From NCBI GenBank assembly GCA_964554715.1, contig CAZKPU010000001.1, forward strand, positions 5,833 through 69,832: a stretch of DNA of 64,000 nucleotides. Reading direction: 5' to 3'. This stretch comes from an uncultured Thermotogae bacterium. GTDB taxonomy: Bacteria; Bipolaricaulota; Bipolaricaulia; UBA7950; UBA9294. Made by a program: the position numbers and the translations under genes. The notes below the pieces were generated by a model, which was not told where the DNA came from, ran no database searches, and was given only the letters and a program-made list of their open reading frames with translations. Each line of letters begins with the position of its first letter. Position 1 is the stretch's first letter. Shown here piece by piece: positions 29,041 through 38,637 of this stretch.

Positions 29041-30241
29041 TCAGCTCCGTTCCTTCCCCCGGAGATGCATTGATCAGCAAACGTCCGCCAACGGCGTCCA
29101 GCCGCTCGGACGCGCTACGGAGGCCCAGCCCCTGCATGTGTGATGGGTCGAACCCGATGCCGTTGTCTTTGACTTGGACATGAAGCGAGGCGGGGTGCTG
29201 CCGGATGGTGATCGATACTTCGCTTGCATGGGCATGACGGGTGACGTTTCGTAGGGCTTCGGAGATCACCGTGTAGACCAGCCACTCGATTCCCTCGGGC
29301 AAGCGATGCTCGATGTCGATCTCGGTCACGATCCGCAGATCGGTCGCCTCGCCGCTCATCCGCCCCAATTCCCGGATCGCCGGCTCGAGTCCCAGTTCAT
29401 CGAGAAGCGGAGGTCGCAGTGTACGGGTGAGATGACGCGTCTGGCGGATGGCGTGATCCGCAACGGCTTCCAGCTTGCTTCGGTCATCTTGCGAGATCGA
29501 GGGAAGAACGGCTGCATGAAGCTTAATCGCCGCCAGAGATTGACCGACTTCATCGTGAAGCTGTCGAGCGATCCGCCGCCGCTCCTCATCTTGGGCGATA
29601 AGAAGCTGGCGCGAGAGGCGTGCGAGATCAGCCTCTCTGCGTACCAACGCTCGCTGCTTGCTCCAGTAGTATCCGTTGAAGGAGCGCACGGTGTGAGAGA
29701 TGACCACATAGATCGCGAGCGCGCCGGCAAGGATGGTCGGGAGCACGTATCCAAGGCTCCGATAGCCGTTGGGACCAAGCGATGAGAACAACGAACGGTG
29801 GGGAAGCACGCCGAGATACTCCAGAAGGACGAGGCCCGTGTACAGCAGGATCACGGTCGACGTTAGGATGATGCTGTGGCGGTTGGACAAGAAGTAATTG
29901 GCGGTAACAACTGTGGGCATGTAGAAGATGATCCCGATCCACTCCGCACCTCCCATCAGATGAACCAGGATCGTAATGACCATGGCTTCAAGGACGGAGT
30001 AGCTGATGTGTGCCCACTGCAGCTCCCGCTCGTTTTGTTGACGTCGGATGAGGAACGAGAACAGAAACGTTAGCGCGAGCCACGCGAACGGAGAGTAGAA
30101 GAGAGGGTTGAGATAGCTGATGTCGGTGGCAAGGATCACCACCGAAGCAATCACACAGAAGACCGACAGTGTCACCAGACGTGAACGGACCGTTCGTTGA
30201 ACGGACGCGCGCAGCTGCTCCAGAGCCGATTCCGTCGGCAT
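28997..30241 (-). CDS. sensor histidine kinase, HisKA_3 (DesK/NarX-like) with polytopic membrane N-terminus and no periplasmic domain
   Basis: About 6 predicted TM helices in the first 200 aa, then an H-box (LHDEVGQSL) and HATPase_c. Confidence 0.75.
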   Translation of the reverse strand: MPTESALEQLRASVQRTVRSRLVTLSVFCVIASVVILATDISYLNPLFYSPFAWLALTFLFSFLIRRQQNERELQWAHISYSVLEAMVITILVHLMGGAEWIGIIFYMPTVVTANYFLSNRHSIILTSTVILLYTGLVLLEYLGVLPHRSLFSSLGPNGYRSLGYVLPTILAGALAIYVVISHTVRSFNGYYWSKQRALVRREADLARLSRQLLIAQDEERRRIARQLHDEVGQSLAAIKLHAAVLPSISQDDRSKLEAVADHAIRQTRHLTRTLRPPLLDELGLEPAIRELGRMSGEATDLRIVTEIDIEHRLPEGIEWLVYTVISEALRNVTRHAHASEVSITIRQHPASLHVQVKDNGIGFDPSHMQGLGLRSASERLDAVGGRLLINASPGEGTELIAKVPYEPDPHSHR

Positions 30242-30252
30242 GATCTTCGTCC

Positions 30253-30537
30253 TCAGGTGAGCTTCGCGGGAAGGACGATCTGGCCGAAGTTCTTCTCGTA
30301 CCGTTGGATGTTCTCACCGATCGCCTGGTAAAGGCGTTTCATGTGTCCGGGGTTGAGAATCACGCGGGACGTGAGAAACGCCTGGCTTGGCTTGCTTCCC
30401 CCCGCCGGTGTCTGAGGATCGAGGAACAAGAAATCGAGGACGAACTCCTCTTTGCGGTGTGAGATCAGTGCAAGGTTGGCGTACTTGCCTCGTCTTGTCT
30501 CGTTGTCTGCAGCGATCTGCATCTGGCGTTCCGGCAT
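30253..30537 (-). CDS. DUF3467-family protein
   Basis: …EFVLDFLFLDP…GHMKRLYQAIGENIQRYEKNFG matches the DUF3467 C-terminal signature. Start MPERQ with an AAGGGGG SD. Confidence 0.5.
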   Translation of the reverse strand: MPERQMQIAADNETRRGKYANLALISHRKEEFVLDFLFLDPQTPAGGSKPSQAFLTSRVILNPGHMKRLYQAIGENIQRYEKNFGQIVLPAKLT

Positions 30538-30597
30538 ATGGACATACCCCCTTGGTCTAAGGATGATGGTAGCTCCGGGGGGGCGGAACGGCAACGC

Positions 30598-31857
30598 CTA
30601 CGGACGTAGGAAGCGGCGGAAGAACTCCGAAATCGTGGCTGCGTGATGGCCCGGAAGGAGCACGTGGTGATTGCCGAGCGGCGAAAGGAGCAGTTCACTC
30701 ATGTCTTCCTTCATGGTCAAGGAGGCTTGGGTACGGCACTGCCCCTCCATCGGCGTGGTTTCGTGGATCGAACCCTCGCGGATAAACAGCCGATCCAGCC
30801 TCTCGCCACCCAGACGGAAGAGGGTGCAAGGCCCGTCCGGGATCTTCGCGGAGATCCCGACGCCGATCCCGGACTCAAAATGACTGCGGATGACATATCC
30901 CTCGGACAAGGAAAGGGGACACGTGCAGTGGGCGATCAACACACCGCGTTTCGGCACGTCCACGGAGGCGATGTTGCCCATGAATCCGATCCGATCAGTC
31001 AGCAGCGAGCCGAGCAGCAACGAGAACAGGGTTTGCAGGTCTCCTTCGCAGGACGACGGGATGTTCTCATCGTTCAGACGGGACAGGGCGTAGCAGCCTG
31101 TGTTGTGGAGGGCGTCGAGAAGATCGAAACAGCGAACGGTGCAAGCGGTTAGGCGGTTTTCATCGACAAGAGAGCGGAGGGCATGGTAGATCGACACCGC
31201 GCCGCGAACATCTTCCTTTGACGTCTCCTGAGACGCGTCAGCTTGCTTGCTGAACGAAGCCGCTGTCCTGCGATCCGCCTTGGCTTCGCGCGTCCGCTCG
31301 ATCAGCGTCTCGATGGAGATATCGACCAGCTCGATCCCCAGCTTCCCCTTCAGGAACGACCGATCGACACCGCTGGAGACCAGCCACTCGGACGGCTCAC
31401 CGACCAGTCCGATGCGGCTGAAACGGAGCATGTCCCAAGCAGCGGCGATCCTCTGCTCCCGAAGGAGATCGTTGGCCACTTCCGAGGGCGGCCCGAACAG
31501 GATTCTCCCTTCACCTCCGTCTTGACGGATCCGGGCGAGGATCTCGAGCGCTGCCGGGAGGGAGTTCTGAGATCCGTGAGCGATGAGCAGCGCAGGAGAG
31601 GGGAGTTGCGAGAGGATCTTGAGGATCTCCCGCTCCGTTCCGCCGGTCAGAACCAACGTGGCAGCCAACGCGTTTCCGGTCGGGTACTCAACCTCGACAA
31701 CAGGTGCACCCGCGGCTCGCCACTCGGACAACAGCCGCTGCTTCATATCCCTTACGGCTTGCGGGTTGTGCAATCCGGATGCTCGCACAACGACTTCGAT
31801 GTTCTCCATGAGGGATAGGGTAGCTTGTCCCACCAAGCTGGTGGACTCATGAGTCAT
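30598..31857 (-). CDS. L-fucose/L-arabinose isomerase-family protein (COG2407-like)
   Basis: CEGDLQTLFSLLLGSLLT matches the catalytic-core motif of FucI-like proteins; ~419 aa. Confidence 0.45.
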   Translation of the reverse strand: MTHESTSLVGQATLSLMENIEVVVRASGLHNPQAVRDMKQRLLSEWRAAGAPVVEVEYPTGNALAATLVLTGGTEREILKILSQLPSPALLIAHGSQNSLPAALEILARIRQDGGEGRILFGPPSEVANDLLREQRIAAAWDMLRFSRIGLVGEPSEWLVSSGVDRSFLKGKLGIELVDISIETLIERTREAKADRRTAASFSKQADASQETSKEDVRGAVSIYHALRSLVDENRLTACTVRCFDLLDALHNTGCYALSRLNDENIPSSCEGDLQTLFSLLLGSLLTDRIGFMGNIASVDVPKRGVLIAHCTCPLSLSEGYVIRSHFESGIGVGISAKIPDGPCTLFRLGGERLDRLFIREGSIHETTPMEGQCRTQASLTMKEDMSELLLSPLGNHHVLLPGHHAATISEFFRRFLRP

Positions 31858-31992
31858 CTAAATAGCAGGACATGGATCACCTTTTCAGGCGCACGAGGTG
31901 TGAAGGAGGGTACGCGTGTGCAGGGATGGCCTGCGAAGTGACGGATGACGAGACGGCAAGGTATACTCCAGCGAGCCGATCAAGGGGGTGCG

Positions 31993-33051
31993 ATGGGGTT
32001 TCTGAGCGAGTTGTGGTATGGCAACGAGATCTGGAAATGGTTGCTTGCCGTGGCGGTCGTTGTCCTTGTTGCTGCGTTCTTTTGGATTGCCGTCCGCTTG
32101 CTTCTCCGCCGTTTGTCCAAGATTGCCGCGCAGACGTCAACGCGGTTCGATGATCTTGTCCTCAAGCTTCTCGAGCGGACGAAGCTCCTCTTCCTGATCG
32201 TCGGGGCTGTGTATGCCGGATCGCTGGTTGTGAAGCTTCCCGATGTGGCGGATCGGGTGTTGAGGGTATTTTCCGTCTTAGCATTGCTTTTCCAGGCAGG
32301 ATACTGGGGAAACGCTCTCATCTCTTATTGGATCGACCGCTCGATCAGGGATCGGCTGTCGTCCGATGCGCGGAAGGCGACATCGCTTTCCGCGATCGGG
32401 TTTGTGGCGAAGGTCGTTGTCTGGTCTGTGGTCATCCTGATCGGGCTGGACAACATCGGTGTGGACATCACTGCATTGATCGCCGGCCTTGGCGTCACGG
32501 GGATCGCTATCTCGCTTGCCGTACAGAATATCCTGGGAGATCTGTTTGCTTCTCTGTCGATCGTTATTGACAAACCGTTCGAGATCGACGATTTCGTTGT
32601 GGTCGGAGAGCTTTCCGGAACGGTGGAGAAGATCGGCCTCAAGTCGACGCGTGTTCGAAGCCTGTCGGGCGAACAGCTCATCTTCGGCAATAGCGATCTG
32701 TTGTCCAGCAGGATCAAGAACTACAAGCGGATGGACGAACGACGGATCGTCTTCAGCTTGGGAGTCGCCTATGAAACACCGAAAGAGAAGCTTGAGGCGA
32801 TCCCGGAGATGATCGCCGAGATCGTCGAGCGCCGTGAAAACACGCGGTTTGACCGCTGCCACTTCAAGAGCTACGGGGACTTCGCGCTTCTATTCGAGAC
32901 GGTGTACTTCATGCTCATCCCCGACTACGCAGCGTACATGGATGCGCAACAGGCGATCAACCTTGAGATCCATGAGAGGTTCGATGCTGCCGGAATCGAG
33001 TTTGCCTATCCGACGCAGACCATCCGCCTGGAGAACAGCCCTCGGTCATAA
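31993..33051 (+). CDS. mechanosensitive ion channel (MscS family)
   Basis: N-terminal TM helices followed by the MscS beta-domain (…ISLAVQNILGDLFASLSIVIDKPFEIDDFV…); AAGGGGG SD. Confidence 0.8.
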   Translation: MGFLSELWYGNEIWKWLLAVAVVVLVAAFFWIAVRLLLRRLSKIAAQTSTRFDDLVLKLLERTKLLFLIVGAVYAGSLVVKLPDVADRVLRVFSVLALLFQAGYWGNALISYWIDRSIRDRLSSDARKATSLSAIGFVAKVVVWSVVILIGLDNIGVDITALIAGLGVTGIAISLAVQNILGDLFASLSIVIDKPFEIDDFVVVGELSGTVEKIGLKSTRVRSLSGEQLIFGNSDLLSSRIKNYKRMDERRIVFSLGVAYETPKEKLEAIPEMIAEIVERRENTRFDRCHFKSYGDFALLFETVYFMLIPDYAAYMDAQQAINLEIHERFDAAGIEFAYPTQTIRLENSPRS

Positions 33052-33098
33052 GTGGGCGCCTTCCTGCGGAGAGAACGTCGTTTCGGAGAGTCTCCTTC

Positions 33099-34319
33099 CT
33101 AAAGGAGCAGCCAACCGGCGACAACGGTCAACCCCCATCCGATCGCCACGGGAACAGCGATTCGACGGAGAAACGCACTGATCGATGTGTGGAAGTACTC
33201 GACCGACACCGAGATGCACGGGTGGACCGGGGTGAGGATGTAGCCGAGGAACACGGCGGTGTACGTGACGGCGAACGCGATCATCCCCATCGCTCCATAG
33301 GTGCTGACGAAGATCGGAATCAGGATGGCCATCGGCGCTTGGATCCGGCCGGTGACGGCGCCGAGCAAAAACCCGACAACGACACACAGGAGAACCGGAT
33401 GGAGCGACATGTCGGCAATCGCCTCGGGGATTCCGGAACTCTGGAACACGGCCAAGAACAGAAACATCGCCAGGATGATGAGCGCGTACTTCCACGGACG
33501 CATACGCCGAAACACGGTCCTCAGGGTGGCTCGCTGCGTCCGCCCGACAACAGCAGAGATCACAAGGCTCACCGAAATCCCGATCGCCGTTCCGATCTCC
33601 GCGTAGGGAAGCGAGCAGGTCATCGCCAGCGTCAGATCGAGGATCGGGGCGATGAGGATCAGCATCAGCGGGATGAGGAGCCCTTTCCAAGAGAAGGGAT
33701 CGCGACCGTCTCCATCGGATCCGTCGTTGCTCCCCGGAAGCGTCCCAGCGGGGCCTTCCGCTCGACGCAACAGAAACACCACGCCTAACAGCGCGATGAT
33801 CAGGCACGACGGCACCATGAACGGAATGACACGATAGACGCTGAGGCCGGCTGCCTTGGACGAGGCGATCAAGGCGGAGCCAAGCGGATAGACCAGAAGC
33901 AGCACGTGCCGGAACCAAACGTTGGCCGATGCCTTGATATCGTTGGGTACATGCCCTGCACCCCGTTCAACAAGGGGTGCAGACAGCAAGGCGCCGCCGG
34001 GCATCGGAAGCATGCCGAGGAGCGCGGGAGCAAACGCCAGGAACGGACGAACGCCGATCCGCAGGTTCGAGACGAGCCGATCCATCTGCCCGGACTCCTC
34101 GAGGACGCCGCCGATCATCGGAATCAGAGCGACGACCCACGCTAGAAGCCACACCGAAGGGTCTGCTGCCGTGGAAGCAAGGGCGCTTACGATCTGGCGG
34201 CCGGACAAGGAGAACGCCGCGAGCACGACGGCAGCGACGAACATCCCAAGGGCGAGGTTGCGGCGCGAGAGGACAAGCAGTAGAACGATAGAGAGCGAGA
34301 ACCCGATCCATGTGCCCAT
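33099..34319 (-). CDS. polytopic membrane transporter (DUF401/ArsB-NhaD-like permease superfamily)
   Basis: About 10-12 TM helices. Start MGTWIGF with an AGGAGG SD. Confidence 0.5.
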   Translation of the reverse strand: MGTWIGFSLSIVLLLVLSRRNLALGMFVAAVVLAAFSLSGRQIVSALASTAADPSVWLLAWVVALIPMIGGVLEESGQMDRLVSNLRIGVRPFLAFAPALLGMLPMPGGALLSAPLVERGAGHVPNDIKASANVWFRHVLLLVYPLGSALIASSKAAGLSVYRVIPFMVPSCLIIALLGVVFLLRRAEGPAGTLPGSNDGSDGDGRDPFSWKGLLIPLMLILIAPILDLTLAMTCSLPYAEIGTAIGISVSLVISAVVGRTQRATLRTVFRRMRPWKYALIILAMFLFLAVFQSSGIPEAIADMSLHPVLLCVVVGFLLGAVTGRIQAPMAILIPIFVSTYGAMGMIAFAVTYTAVFLGYILTPVHPCISVSVEYFHTSISAFLRRIAVPVAIGWGLTVVAGWLLL

Positions 34320-34428
34320 GTGACCTCCTGTGTTGATCAGGCAGGTTTCGATGGAACAGGGTACAGGGCCGGAGCGATTCATGCACAGCAAGGAGACTCG
34401 ACGAACCTTGGAAAGAGGAGCTGACAAG

Positions 34429-34812
34429 ATGTCTTTGATCGAAGAACGTTTGAAGGAAGCATCAGCGGAAGGGCGGATCGCCTGCGCGAAGCTGTTCGAG
34501 ATGGCCGCCGAACTGGGCGTTGCGCCGGTGCAGCTCGGGACAGCGGCCAGCGAGATGGATCTACGGATCGAGCACTGCCAGTTGGGAGCGTTCGGCTACG
34601 ACACCTTCGGAGAACGGCGTCTGCTTCGTGCGTTGCCCGAGCTTCCCGAACCGGTTGCCACCGCGCTTGCCAAGGGCGTCGTCGATGGCAGGCTTCCCTG
34701 TGTGACGGCGTGGAAGATCGCCGAGCGGTTCGGACTGCCTCGGTTCGTCGTCGGCTGTGCCGCGGAAACGAAGGAGATTCGAATCGGGCCGTGCCAGCTC
34801 GGTTGCTTCTAG
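34429..34812 (+). CDS. hypothetical protein with two R-I-x-x-C-Q-L-G motifs
   Basis: ATG 34429 follows an AAGAGGAG SD. 127 aa; the motifs are LRIEHCQLGAF and IRIGPCQLGCF. Confidence 0.5.
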   Translation: MSLIEERLKEASAEGRIACAKLFEMAAELGVAPVQLGTAASEMDLRIEHCQLGAFGYDTFGERRLLRALPELPEPVATALAKGVVDGRLPCVTAWKIAERFGLPRFVVGCAAETKEIRIGPCQLGCF

Positions 34813-34946
34813 GCGATACCCATCAGGCGAGATCGCTCTCTCCGACCGGTTGAGGGCGATGTTCGCTTTGCCAAGTGAGAACCTGACCCGCAGTGCCGTG
34901 GATCTTTCTTGGCGTTCCCGGATTGGGGCAACCGCACGTGTTGCCC

Positions 34947-35852
34947 ATGAAGGGCAGTCGATTTGTCCTCCATGGTGCTGGCTCCCACTTCTTGGTCGTG
35001 CTACCATCCCCGTGTGATGATGTGCATCTCAGGCAGTACCCGTTCGAGACAAGCGAGGTCGTCCTCAACTGCATCGAAGGTCCAGCGCCTGGGCCGCCGT
35101 TTCTCCTCTTGCACGGGCTCTGTGACCGGTGGCAGTGGCTTCTCCCCGTAGTGAATCACGTATCCACGTACGCAAAGGTTCATGCATTCGATATGCGTGG
35201 CCACGGTAGGTCGAGCCGTGCGCAAGGAGCGTATCTTCCGGCGGACTTCTGCCGTGATGCGGAAGCTTTCCTCTGCGCTCACCTTTCCGAACCGGCCATC
35301 ATCTTTGGCCACTCGGCAGGCGGACTCGTCGCCCTCTGGTGTGCAGCCGCCCATCCCGACAAAGTGCGAGCGGTCGTCAACGGTGACCTCTTCGCTTCGA
35401 CGCAACGGTTAGCTGCTCTGATCAAGCGTCCGGAGTCAATCTCGTTCTACAAGGCACTACAGTCGCTCGCTGGCCAACCCCAAGATCAGATTGAGGCATC
35501 AGCGTTGGCCAGCCATGTGTCCAAGAAGACGCTGACTAGCTGGTCGATCTCCACAAGCCTCCTTGACCCATCTACATTGACCTACTACGCTTCCGGAGAG
35601 GGAGAAGCCTACGTAGCTGGCATCAGTATGGATGAGATTCTTGCAGCGGTGGTCTGCCCTTGTCTGCTGGTGAGTGGAGATCGTTCTCTCGGCGGCGTCA
35701 TGGCAGAGGAGGACGTCATCTATGCTTCTGATCGACTCAGTGATGTGCGTCACGTTCGGCTGAAAGGAGTTGGGCACGGAATCGGGTTGTCCACAGCGAG
35801 CCCCGGGCAACTCCTTCGGGCGATTGACGGGTTCATCGAATCGCTCCGCTAG
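34947..35852 (+). CDS. alpha/beta-fold hydrolase
   Basis: …LLLHGLCDRW…HSAGG… nucleophile elbow. The start is uncertain (GTG 34893 is an alternative). Confidence 0.6.
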   Translation: MKGSRFVLHGAGSHFLVVLPSPCDDVHLRQYPFETSEVVLNCIEGPAPGPPFLLLHGLCDRWQWLLPVVNHVSTYAKVHAFDMRGHGRSSRAQGAYLPADFCRDAEAFLCAHLSEPAIIFGHSAGGLVALWCAAAHPDKVRAVVNGDLFASTQRLAALIKRPESISFYKALQSLAGQPQDQIEASALASHVSKKTLTSWSISTSLLDPSTLTYYASGEGEAYVAGISMDEILAAVVCPCLLVSGDRSLGGVMAEEDVIYASDRLSDVRHVRLKGVGHGIGLSTASPGQLLRAIDGFIESLR

Positions 35853-36160
35853 CGCCGAAACGGTCGCGAACCACCATGCAGCAGCGAACGAACGCGTTCT
35901 GCATTCAGTCCCCAAAGGCTCCAATACCCCCCCTATGGTGGCGCGATTTCTGAAACATACTCATTCGCTTCTGCACGATGAAGCGCATCGGATCTGGTTT
36001 GTCGATCGAATTGATGTTCGCACGGAAGCGCTGTCATCGGTGACGCCGATGGCCGGCCTCGCACCCTTTGCGCTCACCTGCTACTCTTCCTTGGGAAAAA
36101 CAGCCGGATTCTTTGAGGAAGCGAACACGTCGAGTTGATGGAAGTCGGGAGGGAAACCAA

Positions 36161-36652
36161 GTGCATAACGACGCATGCAGATGTTCACAGCGCACATATC
36201 TGGGTGCCTACGCGCTGACTGTTGACACCCGCAATCGCCTCCTTCTGTGCCGTCTGAGCACGGAGTGCGTCGAAGCGGGCTATTGGACGCTCCCGGGCGG
36301 AGGCGTCAAGTGGGGCGAGCCACCTGAATACGCAGTTGCGCGTGAACTCCTTGAGGAGACCGGCCTGAAGGCATCCGGACCCGGAATGGAACTCGTTCAA
36401 AGCGTCTTCTCGAAAGTGTATCCCGAGACCGAGGAGACACGTGGAGGTCCGGTTCACCACGTCGGCCTCCTCTATCGAGTTCGAGAACCTGAGGGGGTGC
36501 TACGGCCGGAAGCCGCTGGCACCACGGATCTCTGTGCCTGGTTCACAGAAGAGGAAGCACGGAACCTGCCGCTCACACCGCTTGCCCGATTCGCTCTCTC
36601 CATTGCGTGGAAGCAGGCGCCGACCTCATCGGGGGATGGATTCGCTGGCTGA
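36161..36652 (+). CDS. NUDIX hydrolase
   Basis: Nudix box GGGVKWGEPPEYAVARELLEETG. The preferred start is GTG 36161 after GGGAGGG; the track ORF starts at 36068. Confidence 0.7.
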   Translation: MHNDACRCSQRTYLGAYALTVDTRNRLLLCRLSTECVEAGYWTLPGGGVKWGEPPEYAVARELLEETGLKASGPGMELVQSVFSKVYPETEETRGGPVHHVGLLYRVREPEGVLRPEAAGTTDLCAWFTEEEARNLPLTPLARFALSIAWKQAPTSSGDGFAG

Positions 36653-36701
36653 TCTCCATCGCCGTTAGCAACTCAGACGTCACCACCCAGCGTCATACGA
36701 A

Positions 36702-36733
36702 CGGGTTCTACATGTAGTCCCCCAGGCTTTTTT
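36702..36733. terminator. candidate bidirectional terminator between NUDIX and rnhA
   Basis: Palindrome GGGTTCTACATGTAGTCCC followed by CAGGCTTTTTTG. Confidence 0.4.
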
Positions 36734-36766
36734 GCCGAAACGAGAACCCTCGGCGGTGGTCGTTCT

Positions 36767-37219
36767 CTACGGCTCTTCTGCGGCGGGGATCGCCGAGCGG
36801 GCAAGCTCGTCGCATCGCTCGTTCTCCTCATGACCGTTGTGACCCTTGACCCAATGGAACCGGACTTCATGGATCTCCGTGAGCGCGTCCAACTCCTTCC
36901 AAAGGTCGACGTTCTTCACAGGGAGCCACCGCTTTCCGCTGCGTCGCCGCCAGCCGTTTCGCTTCCATCCCGGGAGCCACTCGGTGATTCCGTTCTTCAG
37001 ATACGTCGAGTCGGTATGGAGATCGACGCGAGACGGCGAACGAAGCGTCTTCAGCGCTTCGATCGCCGCGGTCAGTTCCATCCGGTTGTTCGTTGTTGCC
37101 GGTTCACCGCCGGCAAGCTCCTTGCGGTGCTTGCCGGAGATTAACACCGCTCCCCAGCCGCCGGGACCGGGGTTGCCGCTGCATGCGCCGTCCGTGTAGA
37201 TCGTGACATCATGGATCAT
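36767..37219 (-). CDS. rnhA: ribonuclease HI
   Basis: [26 protein letters not shown] is collinear with the E. coli RnhA N-terminus. Confidence 0.85.
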   Translation of the reverse strand: MIHDVTIYTDGACSGNPGPGGWGAVLISGKHRKELAGGEPATTNNRMELTAAIEALKTLRSPSRVDLHTDSTYLKNGITEWLPGWKRNGWRRRSGKRWLPVKNVDLWKELDALTEIHEVRFHWVKGHNGHEENERCDELARSAIPAAEEP

Positions 37220-37306
37220 GCTGCTAGGTATAGCCGATCGCCGCCTGCCTGTCGAGAGCGCAGGCAAGCGGCCGTCCGAAGTGTTGCTCGGAGATTCGGC
37301 GCATCT

Positions 37307-37738
37307 TCAGTCGTACGCCTTGCGGATCTCCTCGGTGGCGAGAAGATCCTCGAGATCCTTCATGCTTCCCCATGACGGAAGCTCGCGATGGACCAGGAAG
37401 TACTTCTGCGGGATCGGATGGGTTCCGATGACGACAGGGACGCCGTAGCGAGCTTCGATGAACTGCTTGAAGTACTCCCGTCGCGGGCACGGCGGGTATC
37501 CGACGACAAGACCGGTCGCCACATGGATGACCTCTGCGCCGTTCTTGATCATCTCTTCGGGAACGTACTCGATGTTCCCGCCCGGACAACCTCCGCAGGT
37601 GGAGTAGCCGACCAGTTCCACCGGTTCGTCCTTGGCGTAGCGAGCGAACCCGCCGACGCGTTCGTGCATCGCGCGGATGCACTTCCCGCCGCCACACGTC
37701 CTGTATCGATCGCAGATGATGATTCCGATGCGTGCCAT
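37307..37738 (-). CDS. CGGC-domain protein
   Basis: YSTCGGCPGG motif plus additional Cys pairs; 143 aa. Confidence 0.6.
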   Translation of the reverse strand: MARIGIIICDRYRTCGGGKCIRAMHERVGGFARYAKDEPVELVGYSTCGGCPGGNIEYVPEEMIKNGAEVIHVATGLVVGYPPCPRREYFKQFIEARYGVPVVIGTHPIPQKYFLVHRELPSWGSMKDLEDLLATEEIRKAYD

Positions 37739-37767
37739 GCAAACCTCCTCGATGAGTGGGTGGGTTT

Positions 37768-38625
37768 CTACTGTGTGTTGTCGTGATCAAACTTGCTGCC
37801 TGTGGCCGCCGGATCCGAGCAGCCGAGGTCAAGTCCGAGCCGGTTGACGATCGACCGGAACGCTCGAGCCGAAGGCGACTCCGGATGGGATACAACGATC
37901 GGCTCCCCTTGGTCACTTCCGGTCCGCAGATCCGGATCGATCGGGATCTGTCCGAGGTACTCAACCCCAAGGCGCGCGGCATCGGATTGCGCCGTTCCCG
38001 ATCCGAACAGATCCAGGCGTGTTCCGCAGTTCGGACAGACGAACCCCGACATGTTCTCCAGTAGGGCGATCCGCGGAATCTTCAGCTCCTTCGCCATGTT
38101 GACCGCGCGGCGTGCATCCATCAATGAAACCTCTTGAGGCGTAGTGACCACAATCGCCATCTGCGGCGACGTTCGTTGGGCGATCGTCAATACCTCATCT
38201 CCGGTCCCCGGGGGAAGATCGATGATCAACGCATCCAGCGTTCCCCAAGCTGTTTCTCCCAGGAGCTGCTCAATCGCGTTGGATCGCATCGGCCCTCGCC
38301 AAATCACCGGTGCTTCTGCGGGTACCATCGATGCGAGGGACACAACCTTCACCCCGTAAGCTTCTTGGGGCTGGATTTCGGTCCCGATCGCTTCGGCAGG
38401 ATCGTGAATCCCCAACATGTGGGGGATGTTCGGGCCGGTGATATCTGCGTCGAGCAGCCCGACCGAGCAGCAGCTTTCCGTAAGGGCGCACGCAAGGTTG
38501 ACGGCCACCGTAGACTTGCCGACTCCGCCTTTGCCGCTGAATACGACGATCCGGAAGCGGATGTTCTCCAGAGCCTGTGCAACAGCTTCATGTCGTGCGT
38601 TGATGCCTTCTTGCTTTGCGTTCAT
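37768..38625 (-). CDS. Mrp/NBP35 (ApbC) Fe-S cluster carrier ATPase
   Basis: Walker A GKGGVGKST and a CPNCG motif. Confidence 0.8.
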   Translation of the reverse strand: MNAKQEGINARHEAVAQALENIRFRIVVFSGKGGVGKSTVAVNLACALTESCCSVGLLDADITGPNIPHMLGIHDPAEAIGTEIQPQEAYGVKVVSLASMVPAEAPVIWRGPMRSNAIEQLLGETAWGTLDALIIDLPPGTGDEVLTIAQRTSPQMAIVVTTPQEVSLMDARRAVNMAKELKIPRIALLENMSGFVCPNCGTRLDLFGSGTAQSDAARLGVEYLGQIPIDPDLRTGSDQGEPIVVSHPESPSARAFRSIVNRLGLDLGCSDPAATGSKFDHDNTQ

Positions 38626-38637
38626 GAAATCCCTTCC

